DNA of 64,000 nucleotides from Candidatus Altimarinota bacterium. GTDB lineage: Bacteria; Patescibacteriota; Gracilibacteria; UBA1369. A program made the position numbers and the translations under genes. This document shows, piece after piece, positions 19,589 to 30,558 of this stretch. Under the pieces are notes generated by a model that was not told the DNA's origin, did no database searches, and was given only the letters and a program-made list of their open reading frames with translations. The stretch lies in assembly GCA_963677745.1 (NCBI GenBank), contig OY782391.1, positions 448,001 to 512,000 on the forward strand. Reading direction: 5' to 3'. Position 1 is the first letter of the stretch. Every line of letters starts with the position of its first letter.

Positions 19589-21673
19589 ATGTCGAACTTT
19601 GACCTCAGCAAGCTCCGTAATTTTGGTATCATTGCACATATTGATGCCGGTAAAACAACTGTTTCCGAAAGAATCCTCTACTACACCGGAAGATCCTACA
19701 AAATCGGTGAAGTGCACGAAGGTGCCGCCACCATGGACTGGATGGAACAGGAAAGAGAAAGAGGTATTACCATTACCTCCGCGGCCACAACCTGCCACTG
19801 GAAAGATTATCGTTTTAATCTGATTGACACCCCAGGCCACGTGGACTTCACGGCCGAAGTCGAACGCTCCATGCGCGTACTGGATGGTGGAGTAGTGGTT
19901 TTTGATTCATCCCAGGGCGTTGAACCCCAATCTGAAACAGTCTGGAGACAGGCTGATAAATACGGCGTTCCCCGTATCGCTTATGCCAACAAACTGGATA
20001 AAATCGGCGGTGATTTTGTCATGACCATCAATACCATCTGGCAGAGACTTTCCAAAGACGCCGTAGCAATTCAGTTACCGGTAGGCATCGAAGGAGATTT
20101 TCACGCCATCATCGATCTGATTGAAGAAAAATGTTATGAATTCCACGGGAAACTGGGAGAAGACGTGGTGGAAGTCCCGATTCCGGAAAACATGATGGCT
20201 CTGGTAGCCGAATATCGAAATACATTAATCGAGAAAGTGTCCGAAACCGACGACGCACTGATGGAAAAATATCTGAAGGGTGAAATCCCTACAGTACCTG
20301 AAATTAAAGCTGCACTTCGCAGTGCCGTACTGGCAACCAAGCTCTTCCCGGTCATGTGCGGATCAGCTTTAAGCAACAAAGGCATTCAGCTGGTGTTGGA
20401 TGCAGTCATTGAGTACCTTCCTTCCCCCGTTGATATCGGCGTAGTCAAAGGAACCAATCCCGATACCGGCCTGGAGGAAAGCCGCCGTCTGGTCGACGAC
20501 GAACCATTTTCCGCCCTGGTATTCAAAATCGCCACCGACCCTTATGTCGGGAAACTGGCTTATTTCCGGGTATATTCCGGAAAGCTGGAAGCCGGCAGTT
20601 ATACTACTAATATGAACAACGGCCGCAAGGAAAGAATCGGCCGCATCCTGCGCATGCACGCCAATCAGAGAGAAGAGATCAAAGAAGTACACGCCGGAGA
20701 CATTGCCGCGCTGGTAGGTCTGAAAGAAAGTATGACCGGCAACACACTGGCTGATGAAAACCGCCCGATTATTCTGGAATCCATTGATTTCCCGGAACCG
20801 GTTATCAAGATCGCCATTGAACCTAAAACCAAGGCTGACCAGGAAAAGATGGGCATGGCCCTGCATAAACTGGCCGAAGAAGATCCGACTTTCCGCGTTT
20901 CCACCGATGAGGAAACCAGCCAGACTCTGATCGAAGGTATGGGAGAACTTCATCTGGAAATCATCGTTGACCGTATGCGCCGCGAATTCAAGGTTGAGGC
21001 CAACGTCGGCCAACCGCAGGTTGCCTACCGCGAAACCATCACCCAGGCCGTCAAAGCCGAGGAAAAATACGCCAAACAAACCGGTGGCCGCGGTCAGTAT
21101 GGTCACGTACTGATCAACCTGTCCCCCAACGAATCCGGTAAAGGATACGAATTCGTCAACGCCATCGTCGGCGGTAAAATCCCCCGTGAATTTATTCCGG
21201 CCGTTGATAAAGGTATTCAGGAAGCCCTGACCCGTGGCATCCAGGCCGGATTCCCGGTTGTGGACGTGAAAGTGGAGCTCTATGATGGTTCCTACCATGA
21301 CGTGGACTCCAATGAGCTGGCCTTTAAGATTGCCGGTTCCATGGCCTTCCAGAAAGGCTGCCGCTCCGCCACCCCCATTATTCTCGAACCAATTATGAAA
21401 GTAGAAGTTACCACCCCCGATGAATATTTCGGTGATGTTATGGGTAATCTTTCCTCACGCCGCGGGCAGATTTATGAAACCAGCAACCGCGGTATGGCCA
21501 AGGTGATTGCCGCCTATGTCCCGCTTTCGGAAATGTTCGGTTATGCCACCGATCTCCGTTCCATCTCTCAGGGACGCGCTGCCTATGCCATGGAATTCAA
21601 CCGTTACGAAAGAGTCCCCAACAATGTTGCCGAAAAAATTATCGCCGAAAGAGCCAAAGGAAAAGCCTCATAA
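19589..21673 (+). CDS. fusA: Elongation factor G
   Basis: [34 protein letters not shown]. Confidence 0.99.
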   Translation: MSNFDLSKLRNFGIIAHIDAGKTTVSERILYYTGRSYKIGEVHEGAATMDWMEQERERGITITSAATTCHWKDYRFNLIDTPGHVDFTAEVERSMRVLDGGVVVFDSSQGVEPQSETVWRQADKYGVPRIAYANKLDKIGGDFVMTINTIWQRLSKDAVAIQLPVGIEGDFHAIIDLIEEKCYEFHGKLGEDVVEVPIPENMMALVAEYRNTLIEKVSETDDALMEKYLKGEIPTVPEIKAALRSAVLATKLFPVMCGSALSNKGIQLVLDAVIEYLPSPVDIGVVKGTNPDTGLEESRRLVDDEPFSALVFKIATDPYVGKLAYFRVYSGKLEAGSYTTNMNNGRKERIGRILRMHANQREEIKEVHAGDIAALVGLKESMTGNTLADENRPIILESIDFPEPVIKIAIEPKTKADQEKMGMALHKLAEEDPTFRVSTDEETSQTLIEGMGELHLEIIVDRMRREFKVEANVGQPQVAYRETITQAVKAEEKYAKQTGGRGQYGHVLINLSPNESGKGYEFVNAIVGGKIPREFIPAVDKGIQEALTRGIQAGFPVVDVKVELYDGSYHDVDSNELAFKIAGSMAFQKGCRSATPIILEPIMKVEVTTPDEYFGDVMGNLSSRRGQIYETSNRGMAKVIAAYVPLSEMFGYATDLRSISQGRAAYAMEFNRYERVPNNVAEKIIAERAKGKAS

Positions 21674-21759
21674 AAAATATTGCAATCAAAAATCTTTTCG
21701 GTTAATATCACGGGGCACTTGTCCCAAAAGACAATTTATTAATCTAACTCTCTAACCCT

Positions 21760-22947
21760 ATGACTGAAGTTTTTCAAAGAAATAAGACGCACGTCAACGT
21801 AGGTACAATCGGCCACGTAGACCACGGTAAGACTACTCTGACTGCCGCTATCACCTTCTACTGTGCTGAAAAGGGTATGGCCAAAGCAAAGAAATACGAT
21901 GAAATCGACAACGCTCCGGAAGAAAAGGCCAGAGGTATTACTATCAATACCAACCATTCCGAGTACGAAACTGACAAGAGACACTACGCTCACGTGGACT
22001 GCCCCGGTCATGCCGACTATGTAAAGAACATGATTACCGGTGCCGCTCAGATGGACGGTGCAATTCTCGTTTGTTCCGCTGCCGACGGACCGATGCCTCA
22101 GACCCGCGAACACATTCTTTTGGCCAAGCAGGTAAATGTCCCCTATATAGTAGTGTTCCTGAACAAGATGGACATGGCCGATCCTGAGATTGCCGATCTT
22201 TCCGAGATGGAAGTACGCGACCTTCTGACCAAATACGGTTACGACGGTGCCAAGACTCCGATCATCCGCGGTTCCGCTCTCAAAGCTCTGGAAAATCCAA
22301 AAGACCCTGCTGCCACCAAATGCATCCAGGACCTGCTCGACGCTCTCGACACCTGGATTCCCGACCCTGTCCGTGAACTCGACAAACCTTTCATGATGGC
22401 TATTGAAGATGTCTTCTCCATCAAAGGCCGTGGAACTGTAGTTACAGGAAGAATTGAAACAGGCATTATCAAAGTAAATGAAGAAGTTGAAATTATCGGT
22501 TATCGTGAGACCAGAAAGACAGTTGTAACTGGCGTTGAAATGTTCAAGAAACTGCTTGATCAGGGTCAGGCCGGTGACAACGTTGGTCTGCTGCTCCGCG
22601 GTATTGAAAAAGACGACGTGGAAAGAGGCATGGTTTTGGCCAAGCCCGGATCCATTACTCCTCATACCAGTTTTGAAGCTCAGGTTTACGTACTGACCAA
22701 GGAAGAAGGCGGCAGACACACTCCATTCTTCAAGGGATATAAACCACAGTTCTATATCCGCACCACCGATGTGACCGGTTCAGTTGAACTTCCGGCCGGC
22801 GTAGAAATGGTTATGCCCGGTGACAACGACATCAAGATGACTATTACTCTGTCCGTCCCCGTAGCTATCAATGACGGTCTGCGCTTTGCCATCCGTGAAG
22901 GCGGCAGAACAGTCGGTGCAGGTGTTGTAACCAAGATTCTTAAATAA
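21760..22947 (+). CDS. tuf: Elongation factor Tu
   Basis: [28 protein letters not shown]; possible own promoter TTGCAA(21680)-17 nt-TAATAT(21703). Confidence 0.99.
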   Translation: MTEVFQRNKTHVNVGTIGHVDHGKTTLTAAITFYCAEKGMAKAKKYDEIDNAPEEKARGITINTNHSEYETDKRHYAHVDCPGHADYVKNMITGAAQMDGAILVCSAADGPMPQTREHILLAKQVNVPYIVVFLNKMDMADPEIADLSEMEVRDLLTKYGYDGAKTPIIRGSALKALENPKDPAATKCIQDLLDALDTWIPDPVRELDKPFMMAIEDVFSIKGRGTVVTGRIETGIIKVNEEVEIIGYRETRKTVVTGVEMFKKLLDQGQAGDNVGLLLRGIEKDDVERGMVLAKPGSITPHTSFEAQVYVLTKEEGGRHTPFFKGYKPQFYIRTTDVTGSVELPAGVEMVMPGDNDIKMTITLSVPVAINDGLRFAIREGGRTVGAGVVTKILK

Positions 22948-23006
22948 CCACGCACGAAGCGAATGCGTCCCCCCTCTCCATCCCCCATAATCAATCAAAG
23001 TAAGCA

Positions 23007-23336
23007 ATGGCAACTTCAAAGCAGAAAATCAGAATCAAAATTCAGGCCTACGATCACAAAATCGTTGACGATTCCTCCCGCCTGATCATCGACACGGCAG
23101 AAAGAACCGGTGCCATCGTGGCCGGACCAATCCCCTTGCCTACCAAAATTGAAAAGATCACCGTGAACAGGTCAACTTTTGTTCACAAGAATGCCCGCGA
23201 TCAGTTTGAAATCAGAACCCATAAAAGATTAATTGACATCACCGAATGTACTCCCAAGACGGTAGACTCTCTCACCAATCTGAGTCTGCCGGCCGGAGTA
23301 GACATAGAAATTAGAATGCTCCAGAACGCAGAGTAA
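23007..23336 (+). CDS. rpsJ: 30S ribosomal protein S10
   Basis: [32 protein letters not shown]. Confidence 0.98.
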   Translation: MATSKQKIRIKIQAYDHKIVDDSSRLIIDTAERTGAIVAGPIPLPTKIEKITVNRSTFVHKNARDQFEIRTHKRLIDITECTPKTVDSLTNLSLPAGVDIEIRMLQNAE

Positions 23337-23362
23337 AATCTACAATCTGACTCTAATTTTAT

Positions 23363-23441
23363 GTTACCAGGACTGCGGGTTTCCCCAAATCTTCAGTCCA
23401 AATCTCTGCCCACCAAGCTTTAATCAGGGCAAAGAAGTAAC
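23363..23441 (+). promoter_or_regulatory. Candidate cis-regulatory RNA (three-way junction) between rpsJ and rplC
   Basis: P1 GTTAC/GTAAC encloses P2 GGACTG/CAGTCC and P3 TCT-C-TGCCC/GGGCA-A-AGA. Confidence 0.5.
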
Positions 23442-23453
23442 CTCTAAAATAAT

Positions 23454-24038
23454 ATGAAAGGAATACTAGGGAAAAAACTAGGAATGACAAGGGTTGTACG
23501 CGAAGACGGCAATTATGTGCCTGTCACCATCGTACAATGTGCCCCCAACACCATCCATCAGCTCAAAACCACCGAGAAAGACGGCTACAATGCCGTGGTT
23601 TTGGGTTTTGAACCAAGAAGAAACCCCACCAAAACCAAGAAATTCTACTATCTCAAAGAGGTCAGGGAAGATTCTCTGGATCAACTGGAAAAAGGAAAGA
23701 CCGTTGATATTGCCGCTGTTTTTGTGCAGGGTGACAAGGTCGCTGTAACCGGAACCACCAAAGGTAAGGGTTTCCAGGGTGTAATGAAAATGTGGAACTA
23801 TCATGGCGGTCCCGGAGGTCACGGCTCACATTTTAAGAGAGAACCGGGATCTGTAGGTTCACGCGCCAAACCGGGAAAAATCCACAAAGGTCATAAAATG
23901 GCCACTCATATGGGCAGCGATACTCAGACCCTCAAATCGGAGGTTGCCTATATCGACACCGAAAATCACTTGCTCGGAATCAAAGGCCCGGTACCCGGTT
24001 CCATCAATTCGTACGTAACCATTAAGAAACTCTCCTAA
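23454..24038 (+). CDS. rplC: 50S ribosomal protein L3
   Basis: GILGKKLGMT, KGKGFQG, REPGSVG, KGPVPG. Confidence 0.98.
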   Translation: MKGILGKKLGMTRVVREDGNYVPVTIVQCAPNTIHQLKTTEKDGYNAVVLGFEPRRNPTKTKKFYYLKEVREDSLDQLEKGKTVDIAAVFVQGDKVAVTGTTKGKGFQGVMKMWNYHGGPGGHGSHFKREPGSVGSRAKPGKIHKGHKMATHMGSDTQTLKSEVAYIDTENHLLGIKGPVPGSINSYVTIKKLS

Positions 24039-24043
24039 ACATC

Positions 24044-24682
24044 ATGGCAAAGATTACTATATACAATCAGGAAGGTCAGCAGGTTCATGAAGTAGATGCT
24101 CCGGCAGCCATCTTTGATGTCAAATTCAACAAAGACCTGGTACAACAGGCACTGATCCGACAATTATCCAACCGCCGTCTGGGCATGATTGCCCATACCA
24201 AGACCAAAGGAGAAGTCGCTATCGGTCAGAAAAAGCCCTTCCGTCAAAAAGGAACCGGCAACGCCAGACAGGGTGCCACCAACAACCCCCATCAGATTGG
24301 CGGAGGCGTATCAATGGGCCCCCGCAACAACCGCAACTTCAAACGGGACATGCCTAAGAAGCAAAGAAGATTAGCCCTTTTCTCCGCTCTTTCCGAAAAA
24401 CTGAGAGAGAAAAAAGTGATCGGTCTGGATAAATATGACGGGGCCGAAATCAAAACCAAGCTTCTGGCCACCGCCATCGGGAAATTACCGGTGGAAAAGG
24501 ATCTGCTGCTTGTGATGCCCGCCAAAAATGAAGTATTGGTAAAATCCGCCAACAATCTTCCCCACGTTAAAACCATCCTGGTCAATTATCTGAATATTGC
24601 CGACCTCCAGAAATACGATACTGTCGTTTTCCTGGAAGAAGCCATTGGAAAGATGGAAAAGATTTTTCTATCCGCCAAATAA
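24044..24682 (+). CDS. rplD: 50S ribosomal protein L4
   Basis: KKPFRQKGTGNARQG, GGGVSMGP. Confidence 0.98.
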   Translation: MAKITIYNQEGQQVHEVDAPAAIFDVKFNKDLVQQALIRQLSNRRLGMIAHTKTKGEVAIGQKKPFRQKGTGNARQGATNNPHQIGGGVSMGPRNNRNFKRDMPKKQRRLALFSALSEKLREKKVIGLDKYDGAEIKTKLLATAIGKLPVEKDLLLVMPAKNEVLVKSANNLPHVKTILVNYLNIADLQKYDTVVFLEEAIGKMEKIFLSAK

Positions 24683-24695
24683 CTCATCTTAAAAA

Positions 24696-25100
24696 ATGCA
24701 CGCACTTAACATCATCAGAAAACCAGTCGTCACTGAAAAAACCGCCATCCTGGAGGAAAAAAGAATTTACACTTTTTGGGTCAGCCCCAAATCCACCAAG
24801 ATCGACGTTAAAAAAGCTTTTCAGGAACTCTATGGAGCCGAAGTAGCAGCAGTACGCATAGTAAAAACCAGCGAGAAGATGCGCAAACTGCGCAAAGGCG
24901 TCTACAACAAGAGAAAAGAATCTCAGAAAGCCTATATCACGCTCAAGGGTAAAACCAAGCTAGACCTGAACAGATTCGGAAAAGCGGAAAAAGAAAATAA
25001 GGTCAAGCTGGCCGTTTCCAAGTCCGCCGATAAAACCGAAAAGGCCGCCAAGGCCCCCAAAGCAACCAAGAAAACCGACAAACTTCCCAAGTCAAAATAG
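24696..25100 (+). CDS. rplW: 50S ribosomal protein L23 with Lys-rich C-terminal extension
   Basis: IIRKPVVTEK, YTFWV, KAYITL; operon position. Confidence 0.95.
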   Translation: MHALNIIRKPVVTEKTAILEEKRIYTFWVSPKSTKIDVKKAFQELYGAEVAAVRIVKTSEKMRKLRKGVYNKRKESQKAYITLKGKTKLDLNRFGKAEKENKVKLAVSKSADKTEKAAKAPKATKKTDKLPKSK

Positions 25101-25124
25101 TAATAGTTCTTAATCACTACGACC

Positions 25125-25973
25125 GTGCCAGTAAAAAAGTTCAAAGCCACAACACCAGGTAGAAGACACATGAGTGTTCTGGACTACTCAATCATCACCC
25201 GTCGCAAACCGGAAAAAAGCCTGACCACAGGCAAAATGAGCCAAGCCGGCAGAAACAACCAGGGCAAAATTACCGTGCGCCATCAGGGCAGCGGCCATAA
25301 GCAACTGCTTCGTCTGGTGGATTTCCGTCAAACCGACAAAATCGGTATCCCCGGCAAAGTTACCAGCATCGAATATGATCCAAACCGGACCGCTTTGATA
25401 ATTCTGGTCACTTATGCCGACGGCGACAAACGCTATCATCTGGCTCCGGAAGGCATTAAGGTCGGAGATCCCGTTATCACCAAGGAAAAAGCCAAGATTG
25501 TTCCCGGAAACCGCATGATGCTCAAGTATGTTCCCACCGGTTATAATGTTTTCAATATTGAACTGGAGAGAGGTAAGGGCGGCCAGATCGTAAGAAGCGC
25601 CGGAGCCCGCGCCAATCTGATCGCAGTTGAAAAAGACCTGGCCCAGTTACAGCTGCCTTCCGGTGAAATCCGCACCGTCCACAAAAACTGCTACGCCACC
25701 GTCGGAATCGTCAGCAATATCGACCACAGCCTGGTGAAAATCGGAAAAGCCGGCCGCAACCGCTGGTTGGGCATACGTCCGTCCGTCCGTGGTAAAGCCA
25801 TGAATCCGGTTGACCATCCGCATGGTGGAGGTGAAGGAAACCAGCCTTGCGGTCTCCCCCATCCCAAAACCCCCTGGGGCTATGCCGCTCTCGGCGTCAA
25901 AACCCGCAAACGCAAGAAGTTCAGCAACAACGCCATCGTCACCCGACGCCATGGCAATAAATTAATGAAATAA
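25125..25973 (+). CDS. rplB: 50S ribosomal protein L2
   Basis: GRNNQGKIT, IEYDPNR, AMNPVDHPHGGGEG; GTG start. Confidence 0.99.
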   Translation: MPVKKFKATTPGRRHMSVLDYSIITRRKPEKSLTTGKMSQAGRNNQGKITVRHQGSGHKQLLRLVDFRQTDKIGIPGKVTSIEYDPNRTALIILVTYADGDKRYHLAPEGIKVGDPVITKEKAKIVPGNRMMLKYVPTGYNVFNIELERGKGGQIVRSAGARANLIAVEKDLAQLQLPSGEIRTVHKNCYATVGIVSNIDHSLVKIGKAGRNRWLGIRPSVRGKAMNPVDHPHGGGEGNQPCGLPHPKTPWGYAALGVKTRKRKKFSNNAIVTRRHGNKLMK

Positions 25974-26004
25974 ATTAACTATCGTTAACTAATCAAACTG
26001 CCAT

Positions 26005-26349
26005 ATGTCCAGAAGTTCAAAGAAAGGACCGTACGTAGACCCAAAACTGCTCAAGAAAGTCAATATTCTCAATGAGACAGGACAAAAGAAGGTTATCAAA
26101 ACCTGGGCCAGAGACAGTGCAATTTCCCCTGAATTTGTCGGCCACACACTGGCCGTACACAACGGGAAACAGCATGTGCCGCTTTATATCACGGAAGAAA
26201 TGGTCGGCCAAAAACTCGGAGCATTTGTTCACACCAGAAAATTCAAGGGACACGGTGGCAAATTGGCCGCCCTGACCGGAGCAGGCAGTGGATCCGTATC
26301 GTCAGCTACAGCACCAGCGGCAGCCGCACCATCTACACCAGCCAAATAA
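26005..26349 (+). CDS. rpsS: 30S ribosomal protein S19 with Ala/Ser-rich C-terminal tail
   Basis: [21 protein letters not shown]. Confidence 0.98.
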   Translation: MSRSSKKGPYVDPKLLKKVNILNETGQKKVIKTWARDSAISPEFVGHTLAVHNGKQHVPLYITEEMVGQKLGAFVHTRKFKGHGGKLAALTGAGSGSVSSATAPAAAAPSTPAK

Positions 26350-26374
26350 ACATTCATCCTATTAAGCAAAAGCA

Positions 26375-26839
26375 ATGAAAGCAATTCTCAGATCAATAAG
26401 AATCACCCCCAAGAAAGCCAACCTGATCGCCGGCATGGTACGCAACAAGCCGACCCAGGAAGCCCTCACTATTTTGAAATATACTCCCAAAAAGGCTGCC
26501 AAACTCCTGCATAAACTGCTGGCCAGCGCCGTAGCGAACGCCGTCAATAATTTCAAACAGGATGAAGCCGGTCTGCTGGTCAAGGAGATTGTAGTGACCA
26601 AAGGCCCCACTTTCAAACGAGGCGTACCGGTCTCCCGCGGCCGTGTTTACCCTATCTTAAAGCGAACTTCCAACATTACCGTTATTCTGGAGATCAATCC
26701 TGACGCCGCCTCCCCCAAGACTTCCAAAAAAGCCGCCGCCGGAAAATCTGTCAAAAAAAGCGAGCCGGCCGCCGAAGTCAAAACCGACAAGAAAGAGTCC
26801 GGGAAGACTAAAAAAGCCGCTAAATCAACTGCTAAATAA
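26375..26839 (+). CDS. rplV: 50S ribosomal protein L22 with Lys-rich C-terminal extension
   Basis: IRITPKKA, SAVANA, SRGRVYPILKRTSNITV. Confidence 0.97.
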   Translation: MKAILRSIRITPKKANLIAGMVRNKPTQEALTILKYTPKKAAKLLHKLLASAVANAVNNFKQDEAGLLVKEIVVTKGPTFKRGVPVSRGRVYPILKRTSNITVILEINPDAASPKTSKKAAAGKSVKKSEPAAEVKTDKKESGKTKKAAKSTAK

Positions 26840-26873
26840 ATTGCCAACTAACTATTTATAATACTCTCCACTC

Positions 26874-27533
26874 ATGGGACAAAAAGTAAATCCAATCATT
26901 CAAAGAATCGGCATTATCAGAACTTGGGACTCCAAATGGTTTGCCCCCAAGAAAAAATTTGCCAAATACCTCCACCAAGACCTGCAGATTGAAAAAATCA
27001 TCAGCAAGGAATTGGTCGATTCAGGCGTGGGTAAAATCGAAATTCAGCGCAGCGCCAACAAATTCAACATCATCATCCACACCGCCAAGCCGGGAACTAT
27101 CATCGGCAAACAGGGTGCCAACGTGGATGTTCTGCGCGACAAACTGAAAAAGATTTTCAATGAAGATTTTGTCATCAGCATCCGTGAAATCAAGAAACCG
27201 GCCATGAGCGCCAAACTGCTGGCCGAAAGTATCGCCGCCCAGGTTGAGAAGAGAGTTTCTTATCGCCGCGCCTGCAAAATGGGTATAGAAAGAGCTCTCG
27301 AATCCGGCGCCAAAGGTGTGAAAATTGCCGTATCGGGCAGATTGAACGGAGTGGAAATTTCCCGCAGCGAGTTTTTCAGCCAGGGAAAAATACCTCTGCA
27401 TACTTTCAGAGCCAATATCGATTATGCCGTTTATCACGCCAAAACAGAATACGGTACCATCGGTGTCACCGTCTGGATTTACAAGGGAGACGTCTTCCTG
27501 AAAAAAGGTGAATATATCAGCACCGAGGAATAA
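26874..27533 (+). CDS. rpsC: 30S ribosomal protein S3
   Basis: MGQKVNP, KPGTIIGKQG, GRLNGVEISR, IPLHTFRA. Confidence 0.99.
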   Translation: MGQKVNPIIQRIGIIRTWDSKWFAPKKKFAKYLHQDLQIEKIISKELVDSGVGKIEIQRSANKFNIIIHTAKPGTIIGKQGANVDVLRDKLKKIFNEDFVISIREIKKPAMSAKLLAESIAAQVEKRVSYRRACKMGIERALESGAKGVKIAVSGRLNGVEISRSEFFSQGKIPLHTFRANIDYAVYHAKTEYGTIGVTVWIYKGDVFLKKGEYISTEE

Positions 27534-27600
27534 TCATATTTCATTGACCTTAAACTAAATCAATAGTAAATTTCACAGGCCTTAATTAAATCAGAATAAT

Positions 27601-28020
27601 ATGTTCGGACCAAGAAAAACTAAATACAGGAAAACTCAGAGACTCAGAGGCGGCGAAGAAGGCATTGCTACCAAAGGGTTTCGCCCGGCCTTCGGAGCTC
27701 ACGCCCTCAAAGCGCTGACCGGATCGGAAATATCTGCACGACAAATCGAGGCGGCCCGCCGCGCCATGAGCAGATATATCAAACGCGGAGGAAAAATCTG
27801 GATCAGAATTTTCCCCCACAAGCCGATCACTCAGAAAGCCGCCGAAGTACCGATGGGTTCCGGAAAAGGCGCCCTGGACCATTATGTGGCCGTCGTCAAA
27901 AAGGGAACAATTCTCTTTGAGATGGATGGAGTCGACGACGCTACTGCCAAAGAAGCCATGAGACTGGCTGGACAAAAACTGCCGGTCAAATGTAAATACA
28001 TTAATGCTAACGAAATATAG
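27601..28020 (+). CDS. rplP: 50S ribosomal protein L16
   Basis: RQIEAAR, IWIRIFP, MGSGKG. Confidence 0.98.
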   Translation: MFGPRKTKYRKTQRLRGGEEGIATKGFRPAFGAHALKALTGSEISARQIEAARRAMSRYIKRGGKIWIRIFPHKPITQKAAEVPMGSGKGALDHYVAVVKKGTILFEMDGVDDATAKEAMRLAGQKLPVKCKYINANEI

Positions 28021-28025
28021 TGAAT

Positions 28026-28226
28026 ATGATGACACTTGATGAAATCCGCAACATTTCGGCCGCCGAACTGGAAAAGGAAATTGCCAGTAAAAAGCAGGAA
28101 CTTTTAAAGCTGAAAATCCAGACCGGCTCCGGCCAGTCCAAGGAAACAGGCAAAATTTCCGAACTGCGCAAAACAATTGCCAGAATGCAAACCGTTAAAA
28201 AAGAACTTACCAAATCAGCCAATTAA
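28026..28226 (+). CDS. rpmC: 50S ribosomal protein L29
   Basis: Helical hairpin, [10 protein letters not shown]; lies between rplP and rpsQ. Confidence 0.93.
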   Translation: MMTLDEIRNISAAELEKEIASKKQELLKLKIQTGSGQSKETGKISELRKTIARMQTVKKELTKSAN

Positions 28227-28237
28227 TTCTCTCTAAT

Positions 28238-28474
28238 ATGGTCAGAAGTAAAAAAGGCACAGTAGTAAGTGATAAAATGGACAAAACCATCGTGGTGGTC
28301 GTCCACACTTACAAAATGCATCCCAAGTACAAGAAGAAATACCGGACTTCCAAGAAGTTCTATGCCGACGATCCAAACAAATCCTTCAAGATCGGCGATG
28401 AAGTCACTATCTACGAAACCAGACCACTCAGCAAACTGAAAAGATGGACTGTGGTAGAGCCAGCCAAGCAATAA
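28238..28474 (+). CDS. rpsQ: 30S ribosomal protein S17
   Basis: [25 protein letters not shown]. Confidence 0.98.
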   Translation: MVRSKKGTVVSDKMDKTIVVVVHTYKMHPKYKKKYRTSKKFYADDPNKSFKIGDEVTIYETRPLSKLKRWTVVEPAKQ

Positions 28475-28498
28475 CCAAGACAATTAAATTACCCAACT

Positions 28499-28867
28499 AT
28501 GATACAGTTAAGATCAATGGTCAATGTGGCCGACAACTCCGGCGCCAAACTGGCCCAATGCATAAAAGTCCTGGGCGGACATCACAGAAAATATGCCGGT
28601 ATCGGTGACATAGTAGTAGTAAGCATCAAGAGCGCCGCGCCAAAAGGTGCCGTCAAGACACATGCCGTGGAAAAAGGCGTAGTAATCCGCTGCCGCAAAG
28701 AAACCCGTCGCAAAGACGGCAGCTACATCCGTTTCGACGAAAACGCCATTGTGATCATCAACAAAGACAACGAGCCGAAGGGAACCCGTGTTTTTGGTCC
28801 GGTCGCCAGAGAATTGCGTGAGAAAGGTTTCCAGAAAATTATCTCCCTGGCACCCGAAGTATTATAA
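28499..28867 (+). CDS. rplN: 50S ribosomal protein L14
   Basis: [27 protein letters not shown]. Confidence 0.99.
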   Translation: MIQLRSMVNVADNSGAKLAQCIKVLGGHHRKYAGIGDIVVVSIKSAAPKGAVKTHAVEKGVVIRCRKETRRKDGSYIRFDENAIVIINKDNEPKGTRVFGPVARELREKGFQKIISLAPEVL

Positions 28868-28897
28868 CTCATTTCAGACGTCCTAAATTTTACAATT

Positions 28898-29251
28898 ATG
28901 AAATTAAAGGTTAACGATCAGGTAATGGTGATTGCCGGCAAAGACAAAGGAAAGAGCGGCAAAATCATCAAAATCAGCCACAAGAACAACAAGGTTACAG
29001 TGGAAAAACTGAACCTGCGCAAAAAACACATCAAGAAACGCCAGAATCAGCCGGGAGAAAAAATCACTTATGAAGCACCACTCTCCGCCTCCAACGTGAT
29101 GGTTATTGATCCCAAAACCGGCAAACCGACCAGAATCAAATATAAGAAACTGGCCAGCGGAAAAAAGGAAAGACTGTCCGCCAAAGGTGAAGTTTCCCTG
29201 GATAATCTCTCCGGAACCGTTGCCGCCAAGACCACCCGCAAAAAATCCTAA
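28898..29251 (+). CDS. rplX: 50S ribosomal protein L24
   Basis: KOW motif VMVIAGKDKGKSGKI; EAPLSASNV. Confidence 0.98.
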   Translation: MKLKVNDQVMVIAGKDKGKSGKIIKISHKNNKVTVEKLNLRKKHIKKRQNQPGEKITYEAPLSASNVMVIDPKTGKPTRIKYKKLASGKKERLSAKGEVSLDNLSGTVAAKTTRKKS

Positions 29252-29288
29252 TACCCGCCCACCAAGTTAACAGACTAATTTGACCCAA

Positions 29289-29858
29289 ATGACCAAAGCA
29301 CTCAGCCTTAAAGAAAAATTCGTTACGGAAATCGCTCCCGAATTGAAGAAAAAAATGAACGTAAAGAACATCAACGCGGTTCCCAAGCTTTCCAAAATCG
29401 TAATCAATGTCGGTATCGGCAAGTTGATGGCCGGAGGCAAGGACTACTCCGACGTGGAAAAAAACATTACTCTGATCGCCGGACAAAAACCGGTAGTCGC
29501 CAAAGCCCGCAAAGCCATTTCCAATTTCAAACTGAAACAGGGCATGCCGGTGGGAGTACACGTGACTCTGCGCGGCAGCAAAATGTATGATTTCGTCTCC
29601 AAATTTGTAAACATAGTATTACCCCGGACCCGTGACTTCCGCGGAATCTCTCCCAAGAGTTTCGACGGGCAGGGCAACTACTCCTACGCCATCAAGGAAC
29701 ACACCGTTTTCCCGGAAATCAACCCCGATGACATTATCAAACATCACGGTCTGCAACTGACTTTCGTGACCACAGCCAAAAACAACGAGAACGCCTACCT
29801 GTTGTTGAAAGCACTCGGATTCCCCTTCCAGGAAAAAAAGGCAAAAACCATCAAATAA
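29289..29858 (+). CDS. rplE: 50S ribosomal protein L5
   Basis: VPKLSKIVINVG, AGQKP, LPRTRDFRG, FDGQGNY. Confidence 0.98.
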   Translation: MTKALSLKEKFVTEIAPELKKKMNVKNINAVPKLSKIVINVGIGKLMAGGKDYSDVEKNITLIAGQKPVVAKARKAISNFKLKQGMPVGVHVTLRGSKMYDFVSKFVNIVLPRTRDFRGISPKSFDGQGNYSYAIKEHTVFPEINPDDIIKHHGLQLTFVTTAKNNENAYLLLKALGFPFQEKKAKTIK

Positions 29859-29885
29859 TTATTCTAATTCAATAATCGCTGCACA

Positions 29886-30110
29886 ATGGCCAGACTCTCT
29901 CTAAAGGTAAACACCGAAAAACTCAAAAAGGCATTACTCTCGGCAATCGCCCGGGGTAAAAAACCCCTGTTCCCCACACGCGTCTACAACCGCTGCAAAA
30001 TTTGCGGTCGTAAAGGCGGCTATCTGAGAAAATTTGAAATGTGCAGAATCTGCTTCAGAGAAAATGCCAGATCCGGTAAGATCATGGGCGTTCGTAAATC
30101 ATCCTGGTAA
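29886..30110 (+). CDS. rpsN: 30S ribosomal protein S14, zinc-ribbon type with insertion
   Basis: NRCKICGR...MCRICFRE...KSSW. Confidence 0.97.
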   Translation: MARLSLKVNTEKLKKALLSAIARGKKPLFPTRVYNRCKICGRKGGYLRKFEMCRICFRENARSGKIMGVRKSSW

Positions 30111-30139
30111 AAATATCATCTCCCTCTAATCCTAAAACT

Positions 30140-30529
30140 ATGTACACAGATCCCATCGCAGACTTGCTCACCCGCATCAAAAATGCTTCCAGAGCCAGAA
30201 AAGAACAGGTCTCCGCACCATATTCCAAAATCAAGGAACAAATCCTGATGAACCTGAAGAAAAAACACTTTATCGAAGACTTTCAGGTTGAAACTGGCAA
30301 GCGGGCCCATTGGAAGTCCCTGGTCATCACTCTCAGCCCAGCCCATATGGACATTGAAACCAAGAGAATCAGTAAACCGGGCCAGAGAATCTACCAGACA
30401 GCTGCCGAGATTAAAAAAGTCAACGGCGGACTGGGCACCTCCATCATCTCCACGCCCAAAGGAATCATTACCGATGACGAAGCCAGAAAGATGAAAGTGG
30501 GAGGAGAAGTCATCTGCCAAGTATACTAA
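30140..30529 (+). CDS. rpsH: 30S ribosomal protein S8
   Basis: DPIADLLTRIKNA, RISKPGQRIY, ISTPKGI. Confidence 0.98.
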   Translation: MYTDPIADLLTRIKNASRARKEQVSAPYSKIKEQILMNLKKKHFIEDFQVETGKRAHWKSLVITLSPAHMDIETKRISKPGQRIYQTAAEIKKVNGGLGTSIISTPKGIITDDEARKMKVGGEVICQVY

Positions 30530-30558
30530 TCAATTAAACTGCTAAGCACCCAACAACC

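Noticed and set aside
20369-22719. Long antisense ORFs opposite fusA (309 aa) and tuf (326 aa)
   Set aside because: Codon-register mirror frames of highly biased genes; no recognisable motifs.
22950-22968. Small hairpin ACGCA/TGCGT between tuf and rpsJ
   Set aside because: Only a 5-bp stem with no U tract; too weak to call as a terminator or leader without comparative data.
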